Virus record (IMG/VR): IMGVR_UViG_3300042564_004737 | Reading direction: 5' to 3' (one strand) | Source of the DNA: a virus | Lineage: Duplodnaviria > Heunggongvirae > Uroviricota > Caudoviricetes | DNA: 64,000 nucleotides | Part shown: in pieces, positions 61,804-64,000 of the stretch | Layout: the number at the start of each line of letters is the position of its first letter | How positions within the stretch are numbered: the first letter of the stretch is position 1 | The notes under the pieces: model-generated | What the model saw: only the letters and a program-made list of their open reading frames with translations | Told to the model about the DNA's origin: nothing | Databases searched by the model: none | Translations under genes and position numbers: made by a program

Positions 61804-62174
61804 AATTTGTTCACCTTTGAAATTTCCGGCTCACTGCAGAGAGATTGCACTGCGGTAGCATCAGCAGAAGAAATCAACGCCCGCATTCCGGGATAACGAG
61901 AATGGAACTGTTCGTCCAGCTCAGGAATACTTTTGCCCTGACACACAAACTCACCGGTTGTGGTATTGTAGCAGTAGTATTGATCTTGAAATTTTTCTAT
62001 ATTCAACAACACAACATCCGGAGTTTCTGACTCCAACTCCGGGTCTGCGGATCGCAGTTGGTGAAGCTGTGTCATCAATCTATACACTATGTATTGTTGG
62101 ACAACAAAAAATAATAGTTTACCAACAAAATAAATCGTCACAAGCACAGTGAGAAAGTTTACAAATTCACTCAT
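61800..62174 (-). CDS. Membrane-anchored hypothetical protein
   Basis: N-terminal TM helix; promoter TTGATC-17-TATAAT at 62213-62241. Confidence 0.7.
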   Translation of the reverse strand: MSEFVNFLTVLVTIYFVGKLLFFVVQQYIVYRLMTQLHQLRSADPELESETPDVVLLNIEKFQDQYYCYNTTTGEFVCQGKSIPELDEQFHSRYPGMRALISSADATAVQSLCSEPEISKVNKL

Positions 62175-62237
62175 ACAATCCTTAAAATGGGTCCGGGTCT
62201 ACAGTCCGACTTATTATACAACATATTTCTCAAATGA

Positions 62238-62420
62238 TCAACGGACTTTTTTTCTTTCAAGTTCCAATCTGGCAGTGAGTTCTCTTTGTAGATTCTGATC
62301 AGCTTTGGTTGCCCGGGTCAGGATGGCCATCAGGTATCCTGCGGTGTAAGTGGCGCCGCGCTGTTTTATCAGACACTGAACCAGCTCGTTCCATTCTTGT
62401 CCTGGATCCAGGTGAATCAT
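62238..62420 (-). CDS. Hypothetical protein
   Basis: 60 aa. Confidence 0.6.
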   Translation of the reverse strand: MIHLDPGQEWNELVQCLIKQRGATYTAGYLMAILTRATKADQNLQRELTARLELERKKVR

Positions 62421-62437
62421 ATCACAATTTCCTTACA

Positions 62438-62653
62438 TTAATCCAAATTCACTCCGGGCATGAGTTTCTTACCGGTCCAGTGATCGTTGGTTACACAAAT
62501 GCCCCGCAAGAAATATTTATTGTTGGCAGTGACAGTTTCCAATGCTTTGGATCGTGCCGTACAGTCCTGCTGGGTGTCGTGGCGTTCGGTATATTGATGT
62601 TGCCACACACCAGCCGGATTGAATATTGCAATAATTAACACCCAACTGTTCAT
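62438..62653 (-). CDS. Small exported/membrane protein with two Cys
   Basis: MNSWVLIIAIF...C...C. Confidence 0.6.
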   Translation of the reverse strand: MNSWVLIIAIFNPAGVWQHQYTERHDTQQDCTARSKALETVTANNKYFLRGICVTNDHWTGKKLMPGVNLD

Positions 62654-62654
62654 C

Positions 62655-63005
62655 TCATGCTCCAGAATAGGCACAGCCACGAACGTCAGTATTCAAGTTT
62701 GGCTGATGCAGTTTGATCAGTTCACGCTCACGAGCATGTGCTTCAGCCTTGCCACGAACCACATCCACGATCACCTGCACAAACGAATCAGCACCACGCT
62801 CACGCATGGCTTGGTAAAGAGTCCAACTTTTGTTCTCACTGCGCGAGCGGTAGATGTGCTTGTTGAAGCGGGTTGCCAAACTCTTGTCCACAGTGCTTTC
62901 GGTCTTGGCAGTTACGCCAATGTAGAAGTCCGCACCAGATTGCAGCATGTAGATCACATGCGTACGATCTGATCGTTTTTTACGGGGTGTGTTTCTTGCT
63001 TCCAT
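62655..63005 (-). CDS. GIY-YIG nuclease
   Basis: HVIY.L...FYIG.T...RF.KH...E..LI....P.LN; TTGACC-17-TATAAT (63012-63040) 6 nt upstream. Confidence 0.75.
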   Translation of the reverse strand: MEARNTPRKKRSDRTHVIYMLQSGADFYIGVTAKTESTVDKSLATRFNKHIYRSRSENKSWTLYQAMRERGADSFVQVIVDVVRGKAEAHARERELIKLHQPNLNTDVRGCAYSGA

Positions 63006-63062
63006 GTGTATATTATAGCATTTCGAGCATTAATGGTCAACCGTTGTTTTTATGCTACATTT

Positions 63063-63518
63063 TTACGCTTTTTTCCTACGCAAATCAAAGAATTCCACAT
63101 TGGCTATCCATTTATTGTCAACCAAAAATCCCCAATCTCTTTGCTGTGGGCCCGGCATAAACAAGGTCCATGGCGTGACGCCCGGTTCCAATTCCACACG
63201 ATGATAGGTGTTTGCACCCGCAGTTCTAAACGAACCCGGTGCCCGCCAATGTCTGGTTTCGCCAACCATCTTACCCTCAGCATCAAATTCTGGAACCCAC
63301 TCCCAGTAGCCACCACGCAGTATCAGCGTGGCATAGGGCCACGGATGATCATGCACCACATCTGGATCGCTTTTTAAAAACTTGTGTACAAAGATGTTGA
63401 ACGGAAAACGTTTACGATCCTTGAGAAATACATAATATCGTTCCAGATAGGGTTCTTCTGCGGTGCGATCCAAAATTACTCGGTGTCGACCCCAGCGTTG
63501 AAACAGTTGTTTTATCAT
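63063..63518 (-). CDS. Cupin-like protein
   Basis: H.F..SD...HDHPW...GGY.E...YHRVEL; TTGACT-17-TATACT (63525-63553) 6 nt upstream. Confidence 0.7.
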   Translation of the reverse strand: MIKQLFQRWGRHRVILDRTAEEPYLERYYVFLKDRKRFPFNIFVHKFLKSDPDVVHDHPWPYATLILRGGYWEWVPEFDAEGKMVGETRHWRAPGSFRTAGANTYHRVELEPGVTPWTLFMPGPQQRDWGFLVDNKWIANVEFFDLRRKKA

Positions 63519-63554
63519 TGTTGTAGTATACGCTAACCAGGAATTTTAGTCAAG

Positions 63555-63584
63555 AAAAAAGGCTACCAGGGCGGCAGCCTTTTT
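63555..63584 (-). terminator. Intrinsic terminator
   Basis: GGCTGCC-GCCCT-GGTAGCC followed by TTTTTT. Confidence 0.75.
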
Positions 63585-63619
63585 GCATGTGTTCAGTTTG
63601 AGTTGAACAGCGAGGGGAT

Positions 63620-63886
63620 TTAGACCAGGCCTAAAGACATGGCTTTGTAACCAGCAGCAATCAACTTGCGGCTTGGTGTGCCAATCGCGTACTCAGTGAC
63701 CTGAACGCCATTGCCAGCTTTGCGGCTGTTTGCATATACTGCAAAACCGCTTTGGCGAATCCGGCTCACTTCGGCCGAGATGTTCTTGATGCCAAAACGC
63801 TTGGCAGCTTGGCTGGCAGTCACTGTTTCACCGGAGTGAAGAGCAGAGAACAATTTGTAAGTCTTTGTTTCAGTGTTAAAACGCAT
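63620..63886 (-). CDS. Winged-helix DNA-binding protein
   Basis: T.SQAAKRFGIKNISAEVSRIRQSG..VY, an HTH plus wing. Confidence 0.7.
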   Translation of the reverse strand: MRFNTETKTYKLFSALHSGETVTASQAAKRFGIKNISAEVSRIRQSGFAVYANSRKAGNGVQVTEYAIGTPSRKLIAAGYKAMSLGLV

Positions 63887-64000
63887 ATAAATGTTACCTT
63901 TCTTTGATAATAAACATTAGCTGTTAAACTACAGCATGTATCTAGTATACAACAATTTTGCGCATCAAGCAAGCGGTTTTGAATAGCATTTAGCCATAAA

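Noticed and set aside
87-63377. Numerous plus-strand ORFs of 60-250 aa
   Set aside because: They are antisense shadows of well-supported minus-strand genes and have no motifs. Only 23695-24432 and phoH were accepted on plus.
1-64000. Stop-codon reassignment, known in some jumbo phages
   Set aside because: Genes tile tightly under code 11, and conserved proteins (ClpA, NadE, PhoH) are full length.

Overview
A 64-kb segment of a large tailed dsDNA phage (jumbo myovirus with T4-like regulatory signals). No tRNA, rRNA, CRISPR array or integrase is visible. Genes tile densely on the minus strand under code 11; only a methyltransferase (23.7 kb) and phoH (28.6 kb) are on plus, and most plus-strand ORFs in the track are shadows. 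Layout: (1) 1-10 kb, putative head-packaged cargo genes sharing an M-[RK]-x-x-E-[FLI]-x-x-E leader like the T4 capsid-targeting sequence, including Glu-delimited polyproteins and a 1447-aa polyvalent protein (nucleotidyltransferase, two HExxH proteases, one behind an internal Tat-like signal, and an amidoligase); (2) 10-17 kb, glycosyltransferase, phosphoesterase, HxGH transferase, ClpA, DnaJ; (3) 17.5-19.7 kb, lysis cassette; (4) 20-25 kb, tailoring cluster (APS-kinase fusion, sulfotransferase-like, dioxygenases, Bug protein, methyltransferase, SGNH); (5) 26-34 kb, restriction-modification-like pair, PhoH, clamp loader, GroES, DnaE fragment; (6) 34-42 kb, tail/baseplate; (7) 42-48 kb, IscA, SOD, radical SAM, IF-1, NadE, SleB, Hc1; (8) 48-64 kb, small early genes with strong sigma70-type promoters, a GmrSD-like pair and an ADP-heptose operon. 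Spanins and a Bug/TctC gene suggest a Gram-negative, probably betaproteobacterial, host (inference). All family calls come from motif recognition by eye, not database searches. Several starts were corrected relative to the ORF track.
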